Origin: Raillietiella orientalis
Taxonomy: Eukaryota
Direction: 5' to 3'
Length of the DNA stretch: 42,247 bases
NCBI GenBank assembly: GCA_036172245.1
Contig: JAYWIR010000111.1
Coordinates: 124,001-166,247 of the forward strand
Positions within the stretch are counted from its first letter, which is position 1; every line of letters begins with the position of its first letter. This document shows positions 1 to 12,012 of the stretch, one piece after another. The position numbers and the translations under genes are program-made. A model generated the notes under the pieces. It searched no databases and was not told the origin of the DNA. It saw only the letters and a program-made list of their open reading frames with translations.

Positions 1-160
1 AGAATACAAATTCCCTACCTTGTATAGAAGGGGTAGGTTATACCCCTCTTCCTGGTAGGCGCGCATCTCCGCTATAGCCGCTGGCGTAGGTGCCGTAGCC
101 ACGGCGTTCCAAGCCCTTAGCAGGGCCGGAAGCGTATCACTGGTGGCGGGAGCACCCACT
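1..160 (-). mobile_element. L1/Tx1-type LINE, ORF1 N-terminal fragment (runs off window start)
   Basis: Minus strand reads RAWNAVATAPTPAAIAEMRAYQEEGYNLPLLYKVGNLYS. This matches the AY..GY.PSL.YKVG motif in the ORF1 copies at ~27930 and ~33730. Confidence 0.75.
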
Positions 161-161
161 G

Positions 162-2902
162 ATGCGGATTTTTTATTCGTCTCTTTACGCCAGGGCGCCC
201 CCGGATCAAGATGCTTCTCTGCGCTTGCTTCCGGAAGGTGTTTTAGCAATAGGAGAGGAAATGAGGTTAAGCATCGACGATCCTTTTGCCACTAGCGAAA
301 TCCTCGCCGGAATCAAAAGACTCAATAGACGAAAAGCTCCAAAGAAAGACGGCCTGCCCGCGGAGTTCTTTCAGAGCTTCGCGAAAGAGCTGGCAACCCT
401 GCTGCTTCAGGTGATCAGGCTGATCCGAGACGAAGGCGATGCTCCCGCCTTGTTTCGGTCAGCCAGAGTGAGGCTTCTTCGGAAAGGCCGAGACCTCAGG
501 GATTTAAAGAACTGGCGTCCGATTACGTTTGTGAATACGGCCACGAAGTTACTATCAGGGCTATGAATTACGCGTCTGGGGCAGATGGCAGAATCCATAA
601 TTAGCCCGGAGCAGACTTCTGCTGTTTCCGGGCGAAATATGAATGCCAACCTCTTCGCAAGCACATGGATGCACCTGCAGAGGAGGCGGAAGAAAGGGAA
701 AGGGAAAATCGGCAACCCCACATTGGGGGCGCCAGCCGGGATGAAAAGGGAACCTCGGGCAAGGGAGTTGGCCCTAGCACTTGCAGTCGATCTCCATAAA
801 GCGTTCGACTGTGTGGAGCAGGAACTCCTCTTAAAGCTCCTGGGTCGCACGGGCTTTTCACCCTTCTTGATTTCCTACCTGCGCTCTTCCAGGCGGAACG
901 CAATACTCTCGATCTGTTTCAGCGGTCAAAAGCTGTATGGCGTGCCGGAGCCACAGAACAGAAAGCAGGGCAATAGTCTCAGTCCCCTGCTCTTTGGAAC
1001 CTACTTTGAGTTGGTGCTAAGAGCATATAAAGTGACTTTGGCTTCCTTGCCCAGCTCGTGCCCCGGCACGACCGCCGTAGCAGCCTATGCCGGCGACCGT
1101 CTACTCCTGTTACCAATGTCCATTTCGGCTAAGGCGGTCGAGGATTTCTTCGATCTGCTTGGCGGCGGGACCGGACTTCAGCTCAACAGGGCGAAGTCGT
1201 CGGTGGTGCCAATAGGTGCGGAGTGGGCAGGGCAGCAGTACTGAATCCGTTCGACGATCTCCACGGCCAGGTGCTTGAAATACCTTGGTGTGTCGTTAAA
1301 GGACTACTTTTATGCGGAAGCGTGGTCCAGCTGCCTCCAAAAGGTCGAATCGGCGATCGGCCCGTTCATGGAAGGCAGGTCTCAATTGCCGGAACGGGCC
1401 GCGGTTTGAAACCCCTTCGCGGCCTCTATCTTCCGCCTCTTGCTTTTTGTTTGCCACGCCCCCGGGAAATGCAAGAAGCGCACGAAGGACCTCCTCCGCA
1501 GAGCCTTTTGGGGCAAGGGGAGGCCCCGAGTGCCTCTGAAGGACTTGTGGGCTCCTCGTCGGGACGCCGTTCTTACCATCTGATTCTGAAGTGCGTGGTA
1601 AAACAGCGTCGTTAATGCAACTTTGCCATCGCAGCAAATATGTGGAGGATTTCTTGGTGCATCCCGCTCCGCCTCTTCGCCAGCCGTGTTCCCCGGTGCG
1701 AAGATCTGGCGTCTTTTTTTCTGTGCTCTGGCCGGAAGACTCGTTGATGTGGCCAGCTGCTACTGCGCATTGCAACCCTGTCGAAGGCGAAGAGCTGGAT
1801 GGCTCGTAGCTTCTCCAACTCCTCCGCCTGGATGCAGGAGAATGTCGGCACCTGGGCTAAGCTGAATCAGAGGTGCAATAACAATTCTAACTGCCTCCGA
1901 TACTGCATTTACATCTCTCGAGCTCTGCGAGAAATACTTGGATTTCCCGCGAGTTGCTCTTGGGCGGAGAGGACACCCCTCGCAACGACTATGCTTTTCT
2001 TTAGCAGGGCGCTTCACGGCAGCCGGACGTTGAGGTGGATAGTCTCTTGCCGGAGCTCAGGCACCGAGAAAATGATGAGCGTCTGGACCATGGATCAACT
2101 GGCGGACGCCACGACCCCGTGCGTTCAGCCGCGAGAACTGCAGAGATGTGGCGAGCTGCTCGCCATCCCATTGATGTGATGAATTGGCCCCCGGTTTTAA
2201 GACAATCCAGGATCCTGCCCCTTAAGTCGCAAGAATCAATGTTGCTGCTTTTGCACTTGGGTTTACCTTGCTACGCACGCCGCTTCCATTGGACAAGGGC
2301 AGCGGTACATTCATCGTGTGCCAGGTGTGGGTAACAGGAATCGTTCCCCTACCTTCTTGTAAACTGTGCTGCCCTCCGCTCCCTATGAGAATTTCTTGGA
2401 ACTACCCTCGGTCTTTCGGTGGGCAGAACGCTCTGAGACGTTTTAAGTCTTCTCTTCTTGCGTGACGCCTTACAGGCAGCTGCAGCTGTTGGAACGCGAT
2501 GCTGCATCCGCTTCATCGTTGAGTTCCAAAGTGATGCCCACGACGATGGAGTGGATTTACGCAAGAGGGATGTCTTTCCATGCGCTCTACACTTCTTGGT
2601 TAGAGCCACGTGATGGCGCCAGCTAGGACAACAGCAGATGAACCTCAAGTGCATCCTGCGAAGGATGGGTGTACCTCAAAGTAAACAGTGATCCTTTCTA
2701 CTCCCTCCAAACTGTTTTTTTACTTTACGTTTTATTTTTCTTTCTGTTTTTCGACAACATCCCATTTCGCTGCCAATGAGAGTCACGCCGAGCCTCGTCC
2801 TGGCGTTTCCGGAGGTTTGGTGTTGTGTGGCCGTTAGTAGGGCATGGTACCACGTATGTAGAATGTTTTTTAATAAACACCCCGGGATGACCCGCGTGTA
2901 AA
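162..2902 (+). mobile_element. 5'-truncated degenerate LINE ORF2 (RT, C-terminal zinc-binding region) with 3' UTR
   Basis: RT motifs KAPKKDGLPAEFF, NWRPITFVN, AVDLHKAFDCV, QGNSLSPLLF and AYAGD (catalytic YxDD decayed). LLLLHLGL...CARCG follows near 2250-2330, then a T-rich 3' UTR and an AATAAA-hairpin end at 2872-2902. Several stops and frameshifts. Confidence 0.92.
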
Positions 2903-3560
2903 CCACACGGAAGGCGTTGAGCTTCTGCCACATCGCGAAAACTCTCGCGAATTTTTCGAGTTCAGTGCGGATGTCATTTTCACCCATCCGCACTGTTGTC
3001 TTGGTAAGGTAGACCACAATGGAGTGGTCCAAAGTGTAAGGGAGTAAATTTCTGCCTTCAAATTGGACGAACATGCAGAGCATCTTATGGGATAGAGCTG
3101 CATCCTTGCAGATGAGCTCCGGCAACTGCTCTCTCTCCGTACTGAGATGCACAGAATTTGTTGATCGGCAATGCCCATCCTTTTGATGGCATTGCCGAAT
3201 GTTCGCGACCGTGAAGGAGAGTATAAGTTTTCTACCTTGCAAAAGGGCAGAAATGTAGCCCTCCTGGAAAAGGACTTGTTTTCCGCGGCAACATCGGTTG
3301 CTACCGCCGCTGTCTCCGAGCTCCAGGCCCCTGCTGCGGCGGCGGGGGGAGATTTGGTGGCTCTGGGGCGTGATACTACCTCCTATGGCTTGGGAGACGC
3401 GATGTTCGCAGCTTTTGCACCTGAAACTGCAACGTTTACAGGCATTTCAGCCTGTCAACGGCCGCGCATTACACAAAAAATACCAGAAAAAATTTCGTTA
3501 TTCACGGAGCGCACAACAATCGCATCCGACATGCACCGGTAGTCAGGCGCCACTACTCAT
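2903..3560 (-). mobile_element. LINE 5' UTR and ORF1 N-terminal half, degenerate
   Basis: ELICKDAALSHKML...IVVYLTKTTVRMGENDIRTELEKFARVFAMWQK aligns with ORF1 27953..28645 (DLTCKDASLAQRLL...VQEEFKKYGTVHALWTK). Confidence 0.8.
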
Positions 3561-3567
3561 CGTTGGA

Positions 3568-4186
3568 TGCAAAGGAGCCCACAGAACGCAGTCTCTCCAA
3601 TCTGCTTCTTCCGACGGGTAACCCTACTATCGACGAGGAGGAACGCGCCATCTTTGACTTGCCCTTCACTGCGGAAGAAGTGTATTTGTCCATAGCGGGC
3701 CTGAAGAAACGTTAGGCGCCTGGGGAGGACGGCCTGCCCGCGAAGTTCTTTCAGTGCTTCGCGGCGGATCTCGATCCCCTGGTGCTGAGCCTCACCACGC
3801 AGATGTGGGAAACAGCAGATGTTCCCATTTCCTTCCGCTCAACAAACGTTCGGCTCCTGCCGAAAGGTGGGGATTGACCCAGCTCAACAACTGGAGTCGC
3901 ATCACCTTGTTGAATTCGGACGTCAAGTTGTCCTAGGAGCTATAGGCCGCACGGCTAGAAAGAATCGCAGAGTCCTTGGTAAGTCCTAAGCAAACGTATG
4001 CTGTTCCGGGCGCTCCATGGACACGAATCTCTTCTTCGCGCGAACATGGTTCGAGTTGCAGCAGCGACTGGCTCAGCAGAGCCAGGCCGCCGCAAGCGCC
4101 TCTGCCAAGGGCAAGAGGCGATGCTTGAAGCACGATGGACTGCCGGGCACAATAGCAATCGCCATTGATCTCTGCAAAACGTTAGA
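3568..4186 (+). mobile_element. LINE RT N-terminal fragment
   Basis: AKEPTERSLSNLLL...DLPFTAEEV...APGEDGLPAKFFQCF and IAIAIDLCKTLD. Homologous to ORF 37853..38278. Confidence 0.85.
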
Positions 4187-5775
4187 TTTTCACCCGGATT
4201 TCCCTGGTGCGTTTATTTATGAATAAACGCCCCGGCGCACAAAGACGTCAGTTGCTGGAGCAATGCGGCAGCCACGCACTAAGAAACACAGAGTTTGCCG
4301 GGTCACCGGTTCCTAGACCGGTGAGGTCCAACAAGGCAGCAGGAGGAAGGGAGAAAAAACAAAAAACTAAACAAAAAGAAAAGAAAAAGTGAGGGGATAC
4401 GTGAAGGGATCACTGTTGATGCTGGGGCCTTTGGAGCCCTTGCAGGATGCCGGCAAGCTCTTTCTGTATAATTGAAACCAGATGGGGTCATCGCAACGCC
4501 CTCAGGAATTGAGCGGCGCACTGGATGGCATCCTTATCGCTTTGTCCTCCTGTAGCCGTGCTCCATGCCGTGACGATCCCGCGAAAGCAGCACAAGGCTG
4601 CTATCAAGGCCGCCGGCCAAAGGGCTTCAAAAACGAAGGCGGCTTTCAATGCGCCCCTGGGGGTGCCGTAGGGAACAACAATAGCTGCAACAAAGCGCAA
4701 CGCAAGGGGCCGAAGGGCATCACAATCCACAAGGAGGTGGGGGAGGGACTCCTGTTCCCCACACCTATCACAATTGGGATCGACCGCTCCCCACGTCCAG
4801 TGGTGTCGCCGGAATTTGCAGTGGAGTCCTTAATGCTGCAACAGTAGAGCCGACTCCTGCTATTTAAAGGGAAGGGTGAAATTGTTTATGAGCACCTGGG
4901 GTTACTTCAGATGTTTAATGAGAACATCGAGGAGCGCTCCCCAGCGCAGAAGTCCATTGGAAGGCGTACTCGAGTTCGCAACGTCTGTTAACTGTCGCGT
5001 ATTTCACTCTCCCTGTTTCGTCACCATGACGGAGATGGTTGCTTTCACCTCCGCCTCAGCTGCAACATCGCTGTCCTGAGCATATATCATGGAGGCCAGC
5101 GCAGCATCGAGAAGGGTTCTTCCTAACCACGCTCGCTTCTTCGCATCCTCCAGGAACTCTCGGAGCGTGCAACTTCCGTGGCTTCCAAACGGAAAAACCG
5201 TCGTTCCTGTTGGACGCGTTGCATGCCGCACTGTGCTTACGTGCGAACGGTTTTCCGCAACCAAAGATTACCGTTCGCGGGGCGACAGGTGATCCATCCG
5301 AGGTATTTCAAAAACCAAGGCAGACACCCTCTGCAGCTGCAGCCCACATCAGTTTATGCGGAAGCGATGAAGTGAAAGGACGTGAGTCATATGTTACAGG
5401 TAGACTTCCTGACGAGGAGACGTGAAGGAAGGCACCAGAAGGTGCTTCACAACTTCGGCACAACAGCTAACATCCGGAACTTGAGCAGAAGCTCTAGCCG
5501 CTCCAACGTGAGGATGCCTAGACCGCCATCCATACGCGGAGAGCTCAAGTCCTTCAAGCGGACCCAGACCCTCAAAGTCTCCAAAAGGGCAATACGGAGG
5601 AGGTTCTTCGACCGCTTTTTGATCCTCTCTGTGGTGAAGAAAACAAAAAGCAGGGAACGGGGAAGGAGAGCCGCGAACGTCTTCCTAAGAGCGACTGTTC
5701 CTGCAGGAAAAACCTATCGCCTGGCAAGTGACTTAAGATTACCTACATGTCCTACCTCATCGGAGGCAGGGAAAA
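4187..5775 (-). mobile_element. LINE ORF2 C-terminal part with 3' UTR
   Basis: VWVRLKDLSSPRMDGGLGILTLERLELLLKFR motif at ~5470-5570, zinc-binding region at ~4730-4860, and the family 3' terminus at 4187-4217. Confidence 0.85.
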
Positions 5776-6005
5776 ACTCTTAAAGGGGTGGAGGTCCAGG
5801 GAACTAGCGGTCGCAAGTACCCCGAGTGTCCCGCCGAACGGACTTTTACGCTGGGGCGCACTGCTCGACATACCTCCGGAGGAGGGGAAGTGGCCCCCAG
5901 CGTCATGGGACAACGGCACCCTTCCCCTACAGTGGCAGGAGAAGGCGTTCCTTCTGCTCCATTGTGGATTTCTAAGCAGAGCACTGTCGCACTAAACATT
6001 GGGGA
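5776..6005 (+). mobile_element. Short LINE ORF2 C-terminal fragment
   Basis: RWGALLDIPPEEGKWPPASWDNGTLPLQWQEKAFLLLHCGF is homologous to the minus-strand copy at ~41300-41520. Confidence 0.75.
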
Positions 6006-9000
6006 ATTTTCACCCGGTCACGCCTAGGCGTTTATTAAAAAAACGCTATACATTTGCGGTACTAGGCCCCGCTACGGCCATTATTTCATGGGACTTGCCA
6101 GGAAGCCGGTTCTGAGGTTAGCTTGTCCTGCTCGGCAGCGGAGGGGATAGGAAGTAAAAGAAAAAGATAAATGAATTAAATGAAGAAGAAACTATTTGGG
6201 GGGCCGGGAAGGGATCACAACCCGCTAGAGGAAGAGACTATCCTTTCCAGGATGCCCTCGAGGTCCCTCGTCATAGCTCCCAGATGGGACCAGCTGATCG
6301 CGATTCGCAGGTTGCCACTTGCGTGTACGATGGGGTCCCTGTCGCTGCTTCCTTTGTTGGCACCGCTCCAGGAGGCCACAATTCCTCGAAGGCAGCAGAG
6401 GGCTGCCAGGGTTGAGGCTGGTGGCGGGGCGTCTCGCACGAAGAGGAGTCTCACAACGTCTATTAAGGTACAGCCGACCGGCAAAAGGAGGGTCATAACA
6501 AAACGTTACCACAAGGGCCGGAGGGCAGCGCAGTCCACTAACAGATGTGGGAGGGATTCGTTCACCGCGCACACTGCACAGTTCTGTCCCACATTTCCCA
6601 ACGTCCAGTGGTGGCGGCGCGCGTTGCAGAAAAGACCCCAGTGCAACAACAACAACGCCGTTACCTGCCACTTGAGGGAAAGGGTAAATGCATCTCTAAA
6701 TAACGGGGCCACACTAGGTCATCCGCCAGGATGCCAAGCAGCTCGCCCCTTCCCCGTATCCCATGCGGGTAAACGCTTGGGGTTGCGGCGCCTGCCAGTT
6801 CCCTCATTGTCCACCCGCTTAGATCCTTCCTCGTGCCTGCTATCGAGGCCGCACAACACAGGCCTCATTGCCCGTGTTGTGCGGACGTTAGTGGGGCCTC
6901 GTACCACGTCTCTGTAGAGTTTTTCTAGTAAACGCCTTAGGCGTATATAAGTGGCATCATTAAATCCCCGGAACAGGCCGTGCACAAGGAACTCCTCGCA
7001 GAACACGTGGACCGAAACCTTCATGCGGTCCCAGTCTTTAAGTTTCCGGAGGATGAGGCCTCCCAGTACTTTGTGAAGATCTTTCTCCGCACCTGAGATG
7101 CGCGTCCAGTCCCCGGGCAGACGCCACGCCCTGGATGGTGGTCCTCTGTAGCGAGGCATAACCTCGAATATCAACCGGATTTGGTCCGATAGCGTCGACG
7201 GAAGTTTCCCTCGTCTACCGACCCGTGGGCACAGGTCGGCGTCAAGGAAGACGTGGTCTACGCTTTGGACCATTTCCGGTAGATCCACCAAGAAGTTGCG
7301 CGTGCGCATAGCAGCGCACAGCTCGTTAGATGCGTATTTTTGCTTGCACGGCACACCTGTGAGCAGGAGGATGTTGAATTCCCCACCGATCAGATGCACT
7401 TTGCGTACGTTTGTATCCGCCAGCCAGTCGCGCTACAGGGTTTCGAGGAACAAAGAACGTTCCCCGTACCCGCATCCTCCGCTTGGAGCGTACACATTGG
7501 TCACGACAAGGTCGATCGAGTCGGACCACCTAAGGATGAGCTGGCCAACCCGACTGTCGTTCTCGAAGCGAACGTCCTTGACGAAGGCGGCGACTGATAG
7601 CTTCATAAAAAAGGCGACGCCACAGGTGTTGCGAGCGCCGCATTGCTAAAACAGACGACCCCCTGCGATCCTCTCGATCTCCTGGGCGTTCTCCGCGGTG
7701 ATCACGTGGATCTCCTGCAGGAACGCCAGGTCGAAGTCACGCAGGGTGTCGGCCGTATCCCACCTGTTGCCGTCGTCGCGCAGCCCTTTGACGTTCCAGC
7801 AGGCTATGCGGGTCCTACGGCGATAGGCGAGCCCAGGTGTTAATCCTGGGAAAGTGGCAATGGGGCTCCCGTCACCTTGTCGTGCGGGACTCTAATAGGA
7901 GGAGGTGCGTCGCGCACCGCTTGTCCCTCCTCCATGGGGGCCGAGTGTTCGTCAGGGACGTGCAGAGGAAGGGGGGTTTCACCCACCTGTACTTCTTCCT
8001 CCATGAGGATAGCCAGCTGCACGGTGTCGAGAAATCAGGGATTCCCACCCTCGCCTCCCATGCTGCCGTCTTCCCCCTCGGGTGCCAGTTCATCCTTCTC
8101 CTTCTTTATCCGTATGCGCCTCCTGGGATTCTGGGACTTGCTCTGTAGTCTTCTTTGCTGGCGCATCCGTTGAGGAGGACACACTTCCGGCATCCGATTC
8201 GGCCTCACCTGCATCCGGAGCCTTCCTCGCGGGCGGCCGTCGTAAGCCTTTCCTGGAGTTCTTCTCACGGCCTTGCAGTTCTGCCTCGAGTTCTTCCACT
8301 GCCTGCTGGAAAGCGGCATCCCCGATCGCGTCAGACGCGGCGCGCGGTTCATCCTCTGTTTCCCCAGAGGGTTCGCCATCGACCGTCGCGGCTTCGGCGG
8401 ACGCGAGGGAGGAAATTGCTCCCCCGGGAGCGGCATCGAGTGCCTCCACACGCTCTTACTTTATCGAACAAGCGCGAAGTTTTTCGCGGCACGGGTTTTT
8501 ACGCTGCGTTTTTGTTTTCCCTGCGCTTCGTTCGGTACTCCAATGCTTTCTTCGGGGCTGTACCGTCTGTCGGCCTTCGCCGTCGTTAGCGTCGTCGGGA
8601 GTGCTCGAAATCGATGTTTGCTGGGATGGCTTAGAGACTGGCATCTGGCTCCTTACGGCCTGCTTCATGTTATTCGTCTCTCTCGCCCGTTTCCCCTTTG
8701 CCTTTTTGGCAGCGGGAGGGAGCGGGATTTCTTGTCTTGGGCACACATTGCGGACGTTGCCCTTGTTTCCACATAAGTGGCATTGGATGTTAAGGCACCG
8801 TTTTTTTTAATTGCCCTGTAGCATCGCAATGGCCACAATATTTGGTCTTTCTCAGTTACCAAACAACGAATATTTCCTCGCCGATATTTACTTTGTGGAG
8901 AAACCCACCATTCTCTGGTAGTGTGACGCGGGCAGCGGCAATCCCACTGAAGAGCCTTTCGTACGTTCGGAAGACATTGGGTTCGGCCCAATACGCGGGC

Positions 9001-9640
9001 ACATTACTGTGTTTTGACAACTCCTCATGGACACTGGTTTTGTCCATTCAAAGTGCTAGGCCAGTGAGGTGGACCACGAAAGAGCGGTCCTCCATCACAG
9101 AAAAGATAATGCGGCCGTCCACCGTAATGGGGGTGTTTAGCAGGCGCTGCACTAGACTCGCTTCTCTGCAAGTCAGCTCAACTCGCTGGCCCCCACTAAG
9201 GACCGAGAGGCCCTCGATGTCTTCCTCTCTCACATTTAGTCTTTGCAGCTCCATTTCAAAGAAGCGTGCAATTTTCTAGTCGAGCACACTGCCTACCTTG
9301 TAGATCCGCGACGGTTCTTAACCGCTGTCCTTGTAGGCAGTCTGCTGCGCTACTGCAGCCGGGGATGGTGCAGCAACGACAGCACTTCAACTCGTCGCCG
9401 CTGGCGAAGAGGGTCGCGAAGGGGCGGCTGCCCCCAATTCCGATGGGGCAAGCGCCTTGGATTCCGTGAGGGCGGACGCCCCCACATTCATGGTTGCTGG
9501 AGAGCAAGTCGCCTCTTCTCCCTCAATTTCCATCGCGGTGTCCTCAGGCATTTCTGCCATGGGGCACCGGCGCTCCTACACACCAGACAAAACCTCCGAA
9601 ATCCTTCGCACTAACTAGACTGCTGAGCAATGCAAACCAC
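6006..9640 (-). mobile_element. LINE with 5' UTR, ORF1, APE and 3' end, but RT internally deleted
   Basis: ORF1 ~9550-7840 has decayed CCHC knuckles at ~8740-8840 and ends ...PLSQD*. APE motifs IACWNVKG, GGEFN, DHVFLD and SDQ are present. These join near 6960 directly to the ORF2 C-terminus (CAVCAVNESLPHLLVDC at 6506..6712). The 3' terminus is at 6007-6036. Confidence 0.88.
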
Positions 9641-10320
9641 CTCTGCTCCCTAGAAGGACACGGGGAAGTGTGTGTGTTAACTGTATAGAGTGCGGGGAAA
9701 AGGAAACCTTCCCCCACTTAATCATCGATCGTGTTTCCCTCCGCGTGATGTGGTACTGACTCTCTTCGATCTTGAACATTCCGGTGGGCGATCCCAGGAA
9801 CATCTTCAGACGCCTCCTTATGCGGGACGCCTTGAGAACCTCTGGGTGTGTAGCAGTTCTCTGTTGCATACGTGGAATCCTGTACAAGTGGACCGCGTGA
9901 CGGAGAGGCCGGACCAGTCGGAATGCCATTCACTGGGCAGCCATCTCCTTAGAGAAGGCCTGCTGTTGGCGCCTACATCGTCAACATTTACCGACACTGG
10001 TTTGCATCCGGAACCGGATGCAGAGGTCTCCTCACGGCGTACCGTGATCCCCTCCTCTCTCCCCCCAGCCCAGAGAACATTGCCCCCCAGGCGTTTTCTT
10101 TTTTTTGTTTTAATTTTGTTTTTCTCGCCCCTGCATCTGTGCAAATTACCTTATAAGGCTGCGAATCGGTAAGAAAAAGTGCCATAAGTACGACAAACAC
10201 AAGTATGCTGAGGAAAAAGACAAACATTATGAACGAAAGACTTTATTGTTGAATTTTTTTCCTTCTCATGATTGTGAAAGAATTTTAATAATAAAAACCC
10301 CGGCTCACCCGGTTGAAAAA
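9641..10320 (+). mobile_element. LINE 3' end fragment (zinc-binding region and 3' UTR)
   Basis: CIECGEKETFPHL at ~9682, GTGATCCC plus T-rich UTR at ~10044-10125, and AATAAA-hairpin-A5 at 10290-10320. Confidence 0.8.
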
Positions 10321-11245
10321 CCTGAAGATTACCTGCCACCGAAGTACTTGAAGTACCTCACCATGGGAATCCTTAAAAGGACTTAGTCCTGCTGTTCTGT
10401 CCACGCCGCTCCAACTGGCATTACGGACGTCTGAGACCGCAAGAGCTCCCTCCCCCACCCAAACATCTGAACCTCTGCCGGCGCACGCACCAGAATTTCA
10501 TCTACGCACCAAGCCCTTTCGTTTTTCGAGCTGTAATCAGGTGAAAGCGTAGAACAGTTTTGCCTCCATGCTTCGCCCGAAAACAGCATATGTCTGTTCC
10601 GGTTTGATGAAGTCGTTTGCAACACGTCCCTGGCGCTTTGCCTAAACTTTTGCTGGCAACCTGGTGTCCGCATACACTATTGTGATGGGCCGCCAGTTGT
10701 TCATGCTCGTTACATCTTCTTCCTTAAGAAGGAGCCGCATCCTTGCCGAACGAAACGATGTTGGAATGCCACTGTCTCGTGTATCAGCAAGGTGAGTTGA
10801 TGTACCGGGGTGGTAAGCTGAGCCGCGAAACTTTGATGGAACTCCGCGGACAGGCCATCCTTTTCTGGAACCTTGCATTTCTTACGCTTTTCCATGACCA
10901 AGAATATCGCTTCTATCCTGAAGGGCTCTTCGAGGAAATTTTTTTCCTCTTCCCTGATCGCTGGAGCGCGTTCTGGGCTCAGGCCACTAGGGAGACGTTC
11001 TTGCGTACAGGGAGTTATAGAAACACCGCAGGAGGCCGCGGATTTGAGCGGTTGACGAGTACTGTTGTCCCTGTTCCTCCAGCAAGGTGGCTGATCTGGA
11101 CTGCCAGGTTTTCCTCTCGGCTCCCGCTTTGTATTCCGGTAGCCTGCGGATGTCGGCGGTCCTGGCGTAAGGTCAGGCCTGTAGATACGACCTTTCGTAT
11201 CTACAGGCCGTATGTATCCGTTTCCGGAGGGGGCAGTTTTCAAAC
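10321..11245 (-). mobile_element. LINE RT N-terminal fragment
   Basis: EEPFRIEAI...KKCKVPEKDGLSAEFHQSF and NNWRPITIVYAD. Confidence 0.85.
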
Positions 11246-12012
11246 TTCTATGGGTTGAGGAGAGCAGGTCATCTCCCCTTCACCAATCGCCATTGCGGTG
11301 TCCTCAGTTATTTCTGCATTTAAAGACTGGCGATGCCACACATAACGCGAACTTAACAACTGCATTTCTCTGACCAGTCCGCGGGGCGATGCGAAAGCAC
11401 GTTCACCCGCTATAAGTACGCTGAGCAGAGTAAGCCCTGAAAATGCCTGGTACGGGGATTGGGATTTACCCCCACATGATCGTTGATTGTCCTGCACTTA
11501 AACACTTTTGGGAATGACTCTTGAGATCCCGGTTGACAGCCTTCCGAGAGTCATTTTTCGGCTCTTCTTCGTGCAAGATGCCCTGCAGCCAACCTTTGCT
11601 GTAGGAGCGCTTTGCTGCTTCCCCGGTATTGTTGCTGCGTGGTGATGATGAGACGAAGAAAATGACTACGACAGCAACGTGATCGAGTATGCAGCTCTCT
11701 TCTTGTGAACAGCAACTCGTTGGCCCCATCTATAAAGAAATATGCAAGAGGACCTCGAAGGCATCCTTCAGTGAATGGACCCTGCACCAAGTAATCAGTG
11801 ATTTCTTATCAATCCTTCAAAGATTTTTTTTTTTTCATTGTGGTTTATTAATAGTTTTGCTTTTTCCCCCATCCACTACCGCTGCGAAGGAGAGTCTTGT
11901 CGTTCTGCCCACCAAAGAACCTGCAGGTCCGTTGTTGTGCTAGCTGTAGAGTGAACCTTGTACTGAATCGGCTGTTCTGTTTATAATAAATTCCTTGCTG
12001 TGACCGGGTGGC
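11246..12012 (+). mobile_element. Highly decayed LINE 3' end fragment
   Basis: PHMIVDCPAL (zinc-binding remnant) at ~11472, T-rich UTR at ~11823, and degenerate terminus AATAAA...GACCGGGTG at 11985-12010. Confidence 0.7.

Noticed and set aside
162..1244. Prokaryotic RT system (retron, DGR, group II intron) or CRISPR array
   Set aside because: The RTs are linked to APE, CCHC ORF1 and poly(A) signals, which is LINE architecture. No repeat-spacer array or operon structure is present.
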